A program made the position numbers and the translations under genes. The notes beneath the pieces are model-generated. The model was not told the origin of the DNA, did no database searches, and saw only the letters and a list, made by a program, of their open reading frames with translations. A stretch of DNA of 63,987 bases, the filler included, from Intoshia linei (taxonomy: Eukaryota; Animalia; Orthonectida): assembly GCA_001642005.1 (NCBI GenBank). It is 8 parts of 8 records of this genome, joined end to end, with 100 filler letters (N's around TTAATTAATTAA, not from the genome) between each part and the next. Parts side by side here need not be neighbours in the genome. Positions count along the whole stretch, not along the records: positions 1 to 29,017 come from LWCA01000395.1; 7 more parts are not named here. One strand, written 5' to 3'. Each line of letters begins with the position of its first letter. Position 1 is the stretch's first letter. Shown in pieces: positions 1 through 11,822 of the stretch.

Positions 1-292
1 ATTTTTTTAAATTTAAATTTATGATAATGTTTATGATTTTAAAATACGTATCAGCGTATATATTTTTTTAAAATCTTCAACTTGTTTGATTTTCAAAGAA
101 AATGATAATTGGAGTTTTTGACCCGTAAGATGTTAGTTTGGGAAGTTGAAATTTATCTTAATATATGTCTCGGAAAAAAATGTAATTGAAATGTGGACTT
201 TATAAAATTTAAGACTGGTAGTTATTGAAATAAAGTGGAACACACACACAAACAAACATTACGTAGCATTATAAGTACATTATAAGTAAGGA
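1..292 (-). mobile_element. Non-autonomous Helitron, 5' end (window family A)
   Basis: Ends in ...ATAAGTAAGGA|T, which is A^TCCTTACTTAT on the minus strand, with a (CA)n tract. The same sequence recurs at 3493, 5682, 12002, 31691, 36886 and 41721. Confidence 0.8.
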
Positions 293-1013
293 TTTAAAAA
301 CTTGCTTTAATTTTGATTTTTTGAGTATGGGTTAAATCACTGAAACTTTTTTCATAATCTAAAAATATATTATAAGTAAAAATGAAACACTAAAATACAA
401 ACCATTCATTCTATCTCTGAATCAGTTTAACAAACTGGTGATAAATATATTTTGAAAACTAAAAATCAACAAATAAAATCTAGATAAATAAAAAACTAAT
501 AAATAAAATTGAAATACTATTTAAATCTTCAATTATAATACATCAATATGTACCCAATTTTCTAAATAGCACAAAACTATAGCTAAATGTATATATAGCT
601 AGTCTATTGATTAAATGAACATTACATTTTCGTACACATTTGTATTTGAGTAAATGCACAATTTTTCAACTTTATTTGTTTTTAGGATTGTTTTCTAGAA
701 TATATTTTGTTAAAATGGAGTAAATAAAGACAGCTGTATTTAAATTTATAAATTTTTCAACAAATTATACTACACTATATATTGATCAAATGTTCCAATT
801 TAAAGTTATTTTGTAGAATATCATTGTTTCATATTGTTCATTTCAAAAGTTGGAATAGAAATGTGATGATTTCTAGTTAATTTCAATCATTCATGAGCAC
901 ACGTACTACATTTTCAAATACATTAGCAATAAAAGAAGAATAAAGTAAAATGATTCATAAACAAAATTTATATTAATATTTTTAACTTTTATTAAAAAAT
1001 TACAAGAAATAAA

Positions 1014-4000
1014 CTAAAATATAATGTTTTTAGAAGTGTACTCAATAATGAGTTGACTTGAAAGTATGTCCACGTCTTGTCTCACATTAATAACATTCCA
1101 ACAATCTTCAATAGACAAATTTGAAATATTAATATTAATATTGCGCAGTTTTTCATACATTAAAATTTTAAACATTTCCTTTTGAGATGCATCAACATTT
1201 CTAACAATTTTATGGAATGAACAAACAATTAATTTGCAATTTAACACATGCAATCGATTCACAGCAGCAATTTCTAATCCTTCCATACATCTATATTAAT
1301 TTATACAAATTTGAGAAAAAATTAGTCACCTTTCTTTAATATTCTCAATTTTTTGGTCTAATTCAATTACACCATGCTTGTCACATAATTGTTGAATTCC
1401 ACTGAAATAATTATTTTTAAGGATTCTAGATTTTTTTAAATTTGGTACACCTTTAAAAATCTAAATAAATTATATATATACGCAATAATATTGTATTACA
1501 GGCTCAAAGTCAAATACCAGGTTGAAAAGGTACAATTTTTACAATAAAAAAAGTTACCGTACATAAGGGTCACACGTATAATAAATTATAATTTTAGTTT
1601 AGAGAAAATACTTAAAAAATCCATTATGTCCCAAAAAATATTAACAACAAAATCTCGAACCTACATTGATTAGAAGTATATACAATGTATATTAAAACTT
1701 TATAGTGGTGACATTATAAAAGGCTTTCAACTTTTTTAACAATGAATTTAATATTATCCATCATTGCAGAAAACATTCATATTATTCTGAGATTAGTAAA
1801 TTAATACCATCAAGCATTAATAATCAAACAAATTAAATAATTATTTAGATTATAATGATAACATTATTATTAACAGTTGGAATAATATATCTTAAATAAT
1901 TATATAAACTATAAATTATTATTTGGCGATATAGTTTAATTATATTTCTGCCAATTTTAACAATTTTTAACAATCTTTTATTGTCCTCAACTGTACTTCA
2001 TTTTATTCTAAACTTTAAACGTTTTTGAAAATGAGAAATTGTGTAACAATGATAAAAAAACCGAAAAAATCAATTGACGAAATTTTAGCAAAAAATAAAG
2101 TTACAATTTATTTAAATTTTTTCTGTACTATTTTTAAAAGGATATTTAAAATGATGAGGGCAACTCGGATAAGTATCATTAGATATTTTTAATTGCGACA
2201 TAGTACTTCTATTTTAAAAATACACACATTGATTACTAATCGCCCATTAAATTCTAAAAATTTAAAAAAAATATGACACCCTAGTGATCATGCTCGAGGT
2301 CTATGCGAATATTAAAATTAAGGTCCATTAAAAATTATATTGCTTTAATTTAAAGCCTACGAAAGGAATGTTTCGGGTACGGTAAATTCAGTTGGTATTA
2401 ACCATAGACAAAAAAAATATTAAGGTCAGATAAAGTCAGTAAATTTAATTTTTAGGTCAGTTTTTTATTTTATTATATATATCAATAAAAAATTGCCTTA
2501 TTGATAACACATTTTTACAGTTTTAAAAAAATTTCTGTTAAATTTTATTTTTAAATGATAGCCGAGTTGCAAAACGTATATTCTGAAAGATAAAGGGAAA
2601 TGTATATCCTAGTTACCGTAATAATATCATATCATTTTATACCAAAGATTATTGCATATTTTAAATCATTAAGTGAACTATTTTGGGTAACTAATATTTA
2701 AATACATTTTTTTTTAAATACATAATTAAAAATGGTTAATCAAATAATACTATAAAAATTTCAATTATGAAATTATCTTTAAAAAAAAAATTTTAATGTT
2801 TTAATAAAAATGTTTTGAAAATGAGAATTTGAAATTTAAAAATTGCGTAGCAATGTAAAAAACTCCGAAAAGAAATGAAGGAATGAATTATATACATTTT
2901 CATCCATATTTCTTTATTGGAAATGTGTAGACGTATAATGCACATTTTTTTTGAAATTGTAGGATCAATATTTACATTTTTATTTTAATCGAAATATTTC
3001 AAAAATATTGGTTGATAATATATTAAAAAGTATTTTTCACCCGGGAATGCGTAGATTTCTCGGGTTGAAATTTTTTATTTATATTAAATGGAATAAGCTA
3101 TATCAGAATAATCTTTTTTTTAGATTTTCGGACCTTTAATTATTTTACATTTTTTGTTTTAATAAAATATTTCGGAAAAAAAATCAATACTAAAGTGCTT
3201 TTTTGACCAAAAAAGATACAATTTTTTTAAATTTAAATTTATAATAATGTTTATGATTTTAAAATCCGCATCAGCTTATATATTTTTTTAATCTCTCCAA
3301 CTCGTTTGATTTTCAAAAAGAGGGACAACTGGTGTTTTTGACTCGTAAGATGTGAAATTGGCAGGTTGAAATTTATTTTACTTTCACCCGGAAAATTGGT
3401 AAAAGATATTTAGATTTATAAAATTTTAAGACTAGTAGTTATTGAAATAAACGATAACACACACACAAACAAAGCATTTTATATAAATAAGGATTAAACA
3501 TTTATCCAAGAAACCTGATTTTCCAAATTTGAGTATAATTGAAAAATAAGATTAAACATTAAATTGTTATGATAATCTTGAAAAACTGTAGAAAGAATAA
3601 GGTACATAACATTATCAATTCGATTTAGTAACATTACAACATCATCACTATATTCATTGCATTTATCATCAACAAATTTGATACTAAATAACAAAAATAA
3701 TAATTAAAATGTTTATAATAAATATACTAATAGTATCCATGCTAAAAAAACTCCTTCCTTTATCCACCCAATAAAAAAATTCAAAAATAATTATACAATA
3801 ATATAATTCAAAAATTTATTAGTTAAAATTGAATATCAGCTATCAATTCCCAATGTAAAAATGATGCTATCAAGTTAATACTATCAATCAAACAAAAAAC
3901 CAAAATTAATGAATAAATTACTTCCATTTAGCAACATTATCGGCAATATCTTCCATTAAATTTCTGGTAAAAAACGAATAATTAAACTGTATAAAATAAT

Positions 4001-5845
4001 CTTCAGTTTCATTTAAAATATTCTTTAAATATTGGACATTAATAGTCACTTTAATATCAGATAAAAATAATTTCAAATATTTCATTCCATTTAAAATAGC
4101 ACTAATCTCCAAAACGGATGTTTTAATTGAATGATCACTATTAATTTCTTTGACATTTTCAACATAATGACGGCAAAATGTTTCAATTAATGTAGCAACA
4201 AGTTTAGAGTAAATTGGTGTGTAATTTGCGGGTAAAATGGAACTTCTTTCTAAAAAAATTTGATACATTCCTACTCTTAAATAAAAAAATAAAATACATG
4301 TACCTACAAAAGAATCAATCAAACAAAACATGAATTCATAACATCTACTAATATTAACGACTGGTGGTAAACTGTAATTGTCAATTTTAACATTATCATG
4401 CCAATTATTAAAGAATGGAACCTTTGAATAAATTTGGTTAGATATTTCTCTCCATTTAGTCTGAATTGCTAAATGAGTAGATAATTTTCCAAAAAAATTA
4501 CAAATGTTTTCAAATTTCATCCACTTTTGAGTAAAATTTTCATTTTGGAAAATTTTTTCAAAACAAAAAAACGTATTGTCCAAATTTTTAATAAAAAGTA
4601 TATGTTCCAAAATTTGATCCATCCATTTCATTGAATTTTCATAATCATCATTATTGAAAACATTTTCAATTTTCTGAGATAATAATTCATCAAATAAAGA
4701 TAATATTGCCTTCTAAATGATTTGGCAATATATAATTTGAATATGAAAAGTAATTACTTTAGGGTTAACGTTAAAATGCAACCCTGAAAAAATCAATTTT
4801 TCAAAGTTTATTATAGATTCTATCCAACTAACCGTTTGTCGGAAAAGTATTGAGGGCTAAATTGATTTAAAAGTTTAATGGTAAATAATCAAATTTGTAA
4901 ACTTTGGATAAATCATTTGTTTTTTGGTCCCGGTTAAAGTGATAATTGAAACGTATTTCAAATGGGTCTGTCAAGAGGTTAATTAAAAGTATATCGTATT
5001 TATCTTCTTTTGGTGTTATGCTAAATAATTAAATTACATTTTTTTTAGTTAATATTTTCTTCAATAATATTGAACGTACAATTGTTGAATATCCAAAAAG
5101 TTTGAAATTAATTTGGTAATTTCAGAAAATTCATGTACAGTATCTGGTATAACGTCTTTCGAGTTTACCGTATAATTTGGCCAGCCTTTTACTTTTAACA
5201 AGTGTTGACACTTTCTAATTACAATAATTGCATATTTAAACATTTATTTTTATTTTTTAATGGTTGATAAATTAATAAATTACAATATAATTTTTGTAAA
5301 GAATAAATCCAAAAATTCAATTCGTAAATGCATTAATCTTATTTTAATTCGATTTATATTTAAAATGTTCATTGTATTTTCCATTAAAAAAAAATTTTTG
5401 TAAATTTCAATCAAATCATTTTCCTTGAAAGTCAATTCGAGATTTTTACTAAATTAAAATTAATCCTAACTTGTATAAAACTCTTTGTATGTTTGTCTGA
5501 CCGTTTGTACGGCTTTGTGTTATCGCTTATTTCAATAACTAAGAGTCTTAGAATTTTTAAAATTCCACATTTTTATTGGTTTTTTCCGATACTTTATAAA
5601 ATTCTAAGACTGGTAGTTATTGAAATAAAGTGGAACACACACACACAAACAAATATTGCGTATTATATTATATAAGTAAGGATAGTAATACAATTATTTA
5701 TTAATAAATATACTAGTTACTAGTACATTATATTTTACCTCTGTGATTCCAATTTATGAATTTTTTTTATAACAGCATCTTTTTCTTTTGAATTCCTACG
5801 CCATTTTTCGCCAATTTCAACTCTAATTTTTTCATACAAATCCAT
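1014..5845 (-). CDS. RINT1: RAD50-interacting protein 1 / Tip20 (NRZ/Dsl1 tethering complex subunit), multi-exon
   Basis: Spliced exons at about 5845-5739 (MDLYEKIRVE..), 5448-5290, 5243-5065 (..KGWPN..), 5020-4905 (LLTDPFEIRFNYHFNRDQKTNDLSK, matching the RINT1/Tip20 P..RF.YHF....TN..SKP motif), 4712-3920, 3684-3515, 1461-1330 and 1292-1014 (C-terminal ..ISNLSIEDCWNVINVR). The introns are GT-AG. Confidence 0.8.
2160..2412. repeat. Unclassified interspersed repeat, second copy inverted at about 28515-28790
   Basis: GATCATGCTCGAGGTCTATGCGAATATTAAAATTAAGGTC...CTACGAAAGGAATGTTTCGGGTACGGTAAATTCAGTTGGTATTAAC has a clear reverse-complement copy at about 28520-28650. Confidence 0.7.
2810..3493 (-). 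mobile_element. Helitron family A fragment (5' part) in a RINT1 intron
   Basis: Shares the blocks GGAAATGTGTAGACG, CCCGGGAATGCGTAGATTTC and GGAATAAGCTCTATCAGAATAATC, and the TC terminus, with the other copies. Confidence 0.8.
5464..5682. repeat. Foldback made of two opposed Helitron 5' ends in RINT1 intron 1
   Basis: ATCCTAACTTGTATA...TTATTTCAATAACTAAGAGTCTTAGAATTTT on + faces AAAATTCTAAGACTGGTAGTTATTGAAATAA...TATAAGTAAGGAT on -. Confidence 0.7.
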
Positions 5846-6061
5846 TACATTAATAAATTAGGGGAAAAATAAATAAATAAAGTTTAAATTTTATTAATGG
5901 ATTACTGTGCAACTTGAATTAAAATAAATCTACAAGTTTTAATAAGTACTATCAATTTTAGTTTATTTGGTGTTAAATTTACCTAAATTTACCTAACATA
6001 TAAACCCTATTTATATGTCAATCAGTATTAAAGTGTATTTTGTAATATTATGATTAAATTA

Positions 6062-6676
6062 ATGGACAACAAATCAATGAGCTCAAATTTTAAAAGTATA
6101 AATGATATTGATTTGCTGGAAATTCGGTATAATTATTTGTTTAAAAATGATGAAGACAGATTAGCCAAATTAATGAAAACAATATCAGATGATGATTTAT
6201 AATATGTTCTGCTCAATATAAACATTCCAGAAAATGATGGATTTAAATCAGTCATAATTTGTTTAAAGCAGCGTTACCAAGTAACTACGATTCGTTTTAA
6301 AGGACATTATACCTTATTTCGTATGCAACGAAAAGATAATGAATCAATCGATCAATTATATATAAGATTGATTATTAGTATAATTTGATTTTTTGACCAT
6401 GAAAACGTTTATCTTTGGTTTTTAAAAGTAGTATATTATCAGGGTAATTAAAAACTATACATAATAATGTATTTATAGAATTCCAACATTCTTAGTTCGT
6501 TCACATAGACAGATATATTATCAATATTAAATCAAAATTTTTTTTGAAATTTAATAGTGTTATGAAAAATAAATGGCTAAATAATACTATACTATTAAGA
6601 TGTTTTCCTACTTGTAATATACCATTACATTGATACGATCACTTGTTCATCTGAACGAATCGTTGTTTTAATTTAA
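6062..6676 (+). pseudogene. Degenerate retrotransposon Gag-like ORF with a CCHC zinc-knuckle remnant
   Basis: MDNKSMS.. is interrupted by stops and frameshifts. It contains LFRMQRKDNESIDQLYIRL (Gag capsid-type Q..E...Y..RL pattern) and ends in a near CX2CX4HX4C (xPTCNIPLH/DTITC, one frameshift, first Cys altered). Confidence 0.45.
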
Positions 6677-7563
6677 CTTTATATTTTAATAAAATAATTT
6701 AAAAAATATTTTAACTATAAAGATAATTTGCTTTTTTCACCGTGAAGACGTTTAGTTTAGATTTTTTTAAATAGCCTATTAACATTGAAATTAAAAATTG
6801 CACATAATATTGTATTTATAGAGTTGTAAGATTCCTACTTTTTTCTTAAACGTGTTATCAATAAACAAACAAAAATACAAACACTGCATTTCATACATTA
6901 TTAAATATATATAAATAATTATTTGTTAGAATTTAAATTAAAGTTTAATTATACATTATAGTTACATTTGGTTAATTTTTAAATTGTTTAATTTACTAGA
7001 ATTATATTGTAGACATTTTCATTATTACATTAATATTGTACAAATTGCGTAAAGACTGAGCTTTAAAGATTAATTCGATCGATTAATCATGAATAAAAGT
7101 AAGTCAATCTATTTGTCAAATTTGGCTGTAAACTTATTTTGTATATACTCATTACTCAAAAGAATACTAAAAAACTGACCCAATTAATAATATAGTTCAA
7201 ATATGTAAATACATATAATATGTAATTATAGAAAATACCATACAATAAAAATTGCATGTAGAATAAGTCTTAGTATTATATATCACTTTACAATTAAAAA
7301 TTTAGAATATATTATTATTAACAATTGTAAAGACATTATACGTGATTAACAAATAAAATAATTATGAAAATGTCATTTAATATTTCAGTAATTTCATAGT
7401 GTATGGTACTTTTAGTGTTTTTAGTAATTTCAAAAGGCAATATAATGAATAGATATACACTTGATTACCTGTGATTTATAATCATATACATATTATTGGA
7501 ATTACTCATTTTACTAACATAGACTATTAATTTATACTAACCCATACTTAACAAACAAGGTCT

Positions 7564-8490
7564 ATGAGTGATTCTAGTGAAGCATTCAATTATTTTTCAA
7601 GCAAAATATCAAAACAAGAGTATGGAATCACTAGAGAAAAATTTAAATCAAATTTAAAAGCCATGAATTGGAATCTTCGTAAAAAAAATTCCTTCATATT
7701 TTTGACTAGAGAAAACAGACCACGTGAATGTAGAATATATGACAATAATTGTAAAATTTATACAAAATTAAAAGACACTAGCATAAATGAATTTCAAAAA
7801 AAATACATTGAAAATGGAAAATTATATCACGATTACTGTGTGCATGGTCCAAAAGATTTTATTGAAAATATCAAAAAAAAAAAAATATTTAATAATAAAT
7901 CGTTTTCCAAAGAATGTTTTGCAGTTCAAACTAATGTTAATGCTCTCAATATGAAAAACTCTATAAACATATCTAAAAATTTTCGTTTAGATTCACATTC
8001 TATTCCTACTTGTGAATCTTTATACCCTCATTCAATTTTAAAAAATTCCAAAACATCTGTATCCAAGGAATCTACAATCTCGAATCAACTGTATGGTCCA
8101 AACAAACAAATTAAACTATCACAAGATAAGAAATTGATCACTTTTGATCTTTCAAATCACCTCACCATAAAATCTCAATTAAGTAAAGAACAACGATCAA
8201 GTATAAAAAAAAATGAAAAAGTGAAAATAATTTTACACATTAATCAGTTTAATATGAAACCTAGTGATTTTCGTTTCAAAAAAAAATTAAATAAAATCAC
8301 TCTTGAATCTCATAACATTAAAACAAATGTAGTCAACAATTACTACAATTATTATAGTCTGGATTCTAGGTATATGAACACTGTCTACATGAATATTTTT
8401 GATAAATATGCAAAACTCAATTGGAAATGTCCTGTTCTCGATATGAAGAATGTAACCATTATCTACCCAAAAAAAAATGTCAAATTATAA
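7564..8490 (+). CDS. Intronless orphan protein, 308 aa, Lys/Ser/Asn-rich and basic
   Basis: A 927-nt open frame is unlikely by chance at this AT content. AATAAA overlaps the stop. No domain recognised. Confidence 0.6.
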   Translation: MSDSSEAFNYFSSKISKQEYGITREKFKSNLKAMNWNLRKKNSFIFLTRENRPRECRIYDNNCKIYTKLKDTSINEFQKKYIENGKLYHDYCVHGPKDFIENIKKKKIFNNKSFSKECFAVQTNVNALNMKNSINISKNFRLDSHSIPTCESLYPHSILKNSKTSVSKESTISNQLYGPNKQIKLSQDKKLITFDLSNHLTIKSQLSKEQRSSIKKNEKVKIILHINQFNMKPSDFRFKKKLNKITLESHNIKTNVVNNYYNYYSLDSRYMNTVYMNIFDKYAKLNWKCPVLDMKNVTIIYPKKNVKL

Positions 8491-8540
8491 TAAAGTTTTA
8501 TTAATTTTAAATCTTAAAATTAAACTTTTACAAATTTGAT

Positions 8541-9800
8541 TTAATCATTTAAACTGTTGTAAGTTCCGTAGGTATATATTGTGCCAAAAGACTTTACTAT
8601 CGCTATATAATTTACTCGAATATCCTCAGAGTTTTTTACTAGATTTTTAAAATAAAACGTATGTGTAAAAGATAGTACATAACAATATATCATATATACA
8701 AACATGGAATTTTTTGCAATTTTTGAATTATTAAGACTGTGTATAAATTTGAAATCATTTTTCTTTATATTTAAGAGTAAATTTAAAGAAAACAATAATA
8801 CATCGTTGATGGCATAAGCAGTAAACGTAAATCCTTTATAACCCATTAATATGTTGTATCCCAAATATATTATAAAATTATACATTATCAATGATGATAT
8901 AATTCGATACGATACAATAAAGGCTTTAGGTACAATTTCAGGAAAAGATGACACTGAATAATTAATAATCAACAATGACACATAGAAATATATACTCTTT
9001 TTAATCACAAATATGGCTATTATAATGTGTGGTACAGTATTTTGTATTAAATCATGAAAGCTTTTCAATTCGTCGTAGTAGTCAATAATGTTTGCCAATT
9101 CAATGATCAATTTTCTTAATTTTTTAAGATCAAAACCAATGAAAGTACTTTTAAATGAATTTAAAAATTTAATTACTTCTAATGATAATTTAGAAAAATT
9201 TGTATAATATTTTCTGACAACCAGTACAATTTTATCAATGTCATTAACAATTTTAGCAATATTGGCTAAAATCTTTTCATGATCAAATTGTTCATTTCCC
9301 AATTTCAAATAATTGTCACGTTCTACTAGTACAAAGAAGACATCATATAATGTCGATACAATGCATAGGGCCCAATATTGAAATGTCATCGTTTCTGTTG
9401 ACCCAAGTTTTTTAAAAATGTAATTTTGATTAATTTCAGTAAAGTATAATATAATGAGTGTAAAATAATAGTACAGGAATAATACATTTGCATGAGATGC
9501 ATATTTTATTAATTTATAGGAAAATGAATTTTCAGTTATGTATATGGATAAAGGTATATATAGAGCATTTGATAGTATTATTGATAGTGTTTGGAGTAAT
9601 ACTTTCTCATCCAATGATAAATTAGCACTGTAGAATACTAATGTTATGTATATTGAAAAGTTTATACCAAAGTATATTAAACTAGCTGCAGAAAATGTTA
9701 TTCTTATTGCATTTACGCGTACTAGTTCTTTTACGTCCACCCTATCTTCACATTTTGTAGATAATAGTAATATACTGGTTAGGAGGAGAATGTATATCAT
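8541..9800 (-). CDS. Intronless orphan multi-pass membrane protein, 419 aa, with a likely signal peptide
   Basis: 1260-nt ORF with N-terminal MIYILLLTSILLLSTKC. Two clusters of hydrophobic segments are separated by a helical soluble region of about 90 aa. Confidence 0.65.
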   Translation of the reverse strand: MIYILLLTSILLLSTKCEDRVDVKELVRVNAIRITFSAASLIYFGINFSIYITLVFYSANLSLDEKVLLQTLSIILSNALYIPLSIYITENSFSYKLIKYASHANVLFLYYYFTLIILYFTEINQNYIFKKLGSTETMTFQYWALCIVSTLYDVFFVLVERDNYLKLGNEQFDHEKILANIAKIVNDIDKIVLVVRKYYTNFSKLSLEVIKFLNSFKSTFIGFDLKKLRKLIIELANIIDYYDELKSFHDLIQNTVPHIIIAIFVIKKSIYFYVSLLIINYSVSSFPEIVPKAFIVSYRIISSLIMYNFIIYLGYNILMGYKGFTFTAYAINDVLLFSLNLLLNIKKNDFKFIHSLNNSKIAKNSMFVYMIYCYVLSFTHTFYFKNLVKNSEDIRVNYIAIVKSFGTIYTYGTYNSLND

Positions 9801-10344
9801 TGCTGAGATTGTATATATGCTAAATTTTTTAAAGGTGTCGTTATTTTGGTATTAATTATACAATCTGTATTTATTTTATACGTTACAAATACATGTAAAT
9901 CATGTTTTACGTTTGACGAAATGTAATCACTAATATAGTTACTTTGAGTATTACATTAATGTAAATACAATTAATTTTACATTGATAATATATGCAGGAC
10001 GGGTCCAAGAAGCTAGTTAAAACGGTGAGAGCGAAGCAAGCAACATTTTTCGAAGCGAAGCGAGCAATATATTTAATTTCGCCGAAGACAAAAAAAATTT
10101 TTGGGGCGTCTGTTTTAATATTAAGGCGTGTAGTTTGATTTTAAAGTGTCTCTTTTAGTTTCATTAAAATATTAAAATTAAAGGTTGTTCTACAATAGTT
10201 TTCAAATTTTTATTTTTTCGCAAAAATAAAAAAAATGATCACCACAAAAAAAACTTGTTCAGAGAACTACTGGGAGAACTTTTATTCCTAAAAGTTTTAA
10301 TAAAGTTGTGAAACTTATCATATTTATTAAAAGAATATATAATT

Positions 10345-11190
10345 TTAGGTTGACTGTTATGTACTACGTACAAACAGGACCTAGCTCTGCCGAGGGCACA
10401 TTTTTATTATACTTATAAAATAACTTCACGTTGAAAATTTAACTTAAAAATCCTACTATTCACTATTATCAATCCTTTAAAAGAAGTGGTTCTCAAATTA
10501 GTTTTAGGTGGAAACTACATATCAAATTGCTTGTTACTTTATTGTGAATTATTCCATCTTAATTTTGTTTTGTTAACATTTGCATAAAGAATTTTAAAAA
10601 CAATTGTTATCCCATTTTTTTAATTTATTAGACAGAATGTGTGTATAATATTAAAAATAAAGTAAAAACAGTCCAATCCTAAAAATTGTCATAAATAGCA
10701 TAAATTCCAAAAAAATAAAATTAGTGTAATCCTCAAAATTGTCATAAATAGAATAAATTCCAGATAAAATAAAATGATAAAACCCTATTTTGTCATTTTC
10801 AATGTGATGACACTTATTTCAGTGGCGACTCTGAGGTCAAAACGTTACTCATGCTCTATACAGTATTATAGAAACGAAACATATATAAACTGTTTATATA
10901 TATATATAATATATGTATAAATGTTATATATATGATGTGGATATGTGTGATATATAAACTGGATTGAAATTTATTGAAATTCTAGGGCTGTTTTCATTAA
11001 AAAAAGAAGGGTAATTTGTGGTTTTGCCTTGAACACATAATTTTTTTAAATTTAAATTGATGATAATGTTTATGATTTTAAAATCCGCATCAGCGTATAT
11101 ATTTTTTGTAGTTCTCCAACTCGTTTGATTTTCAAAAAAAGAGTCAACTGGGATTTTTGAGCCATCAAATGGGAGGTTTGAAGGTCTCAA
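10345..11190 (-). mobile_element. Helitron family A copy with 3' terminus
   Basis: TTAGGTTGACTGTTATGTACTACGTACAAACAG is the reverse complement of the hairpin plus (C)TAG end. Internal blocks are shared with 53410-54148. Confidence 0.75.
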
Positions 11191-11215
11191 ATTTTGGCTA
11201 TTACATTATTTAAAT

Positions 11216-11620
11216 CAGGGATGCGCAACATCCGGTCCAAAATAATTTTTATAATAAATTTAAATAAAATTATTTTTTAATTTCAAATTTTACATTTTAA
11301 AATATAATTAAAATTAACATTAAGAGATTAAAAATTTCATAGTAACATATTTTGTCGTCTTATATGAGCAAGATAATAAAAAAGAGAAAAGTGGACTCTG
11401 AATGCAGGATTTTCCAAAAATTATGATAATTAGAATATTATTTTATGGAGCACTACAACAAACCTGTTTGTGTAATCTGCCAAGAAAACGTTACTGTTAA
11501 TAAAGAGAATAACATCAAGCTTCATTATGAAAGCAAACATATCGACATTTTAAAAAATTACTTACTACGGACGGGGCTTTATCTATGATAGGCTCAAAAA
11601 AGGATTTGTAAATTTAATGC
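11216..11620 (+). mobile_element. hAT (SPIN/Buster-like, GTF2IRD2-type) transposon 5' relic
   Basis: A CAGGGATGCGCAAC TIR-like start is followed by MSKIIKKRKVDSECRIFQKL**LEYYFMEHYNKPVCVICQENVTVNKENNIKLHYESKH (from 11364), the KRK.DSECR.F + BED-like C2H2 N-terminus of SPIN-type transposases, with stops. Confidence 0.75.
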
Positions 11621-11822
11621 AAGAATATTTAAAAAATGATAAACAAATAAAAAATTCACATTTTTAGTGTTAATTGCCCTTGATTCTTTGATGGGTGTGA
11701 CAATTTAATATACATTGTATATGTAAGCATAGTTATAAAAATTGGATAATTGCAAAACATTTTTACAAATGTTTATAATTTTTAACACCAAGTAATTTTT
11801 TTTGACATAAACTTTATTATAA

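Noticed and set aside
300-409. Possible start of another minus-strand gene (MN/DYEKSFSDLTHTQKIKIK) with a GT-AG intron
   Set aside because: Too short to identify and it runs into a Helitron at the window edge, so it cannot be supported.
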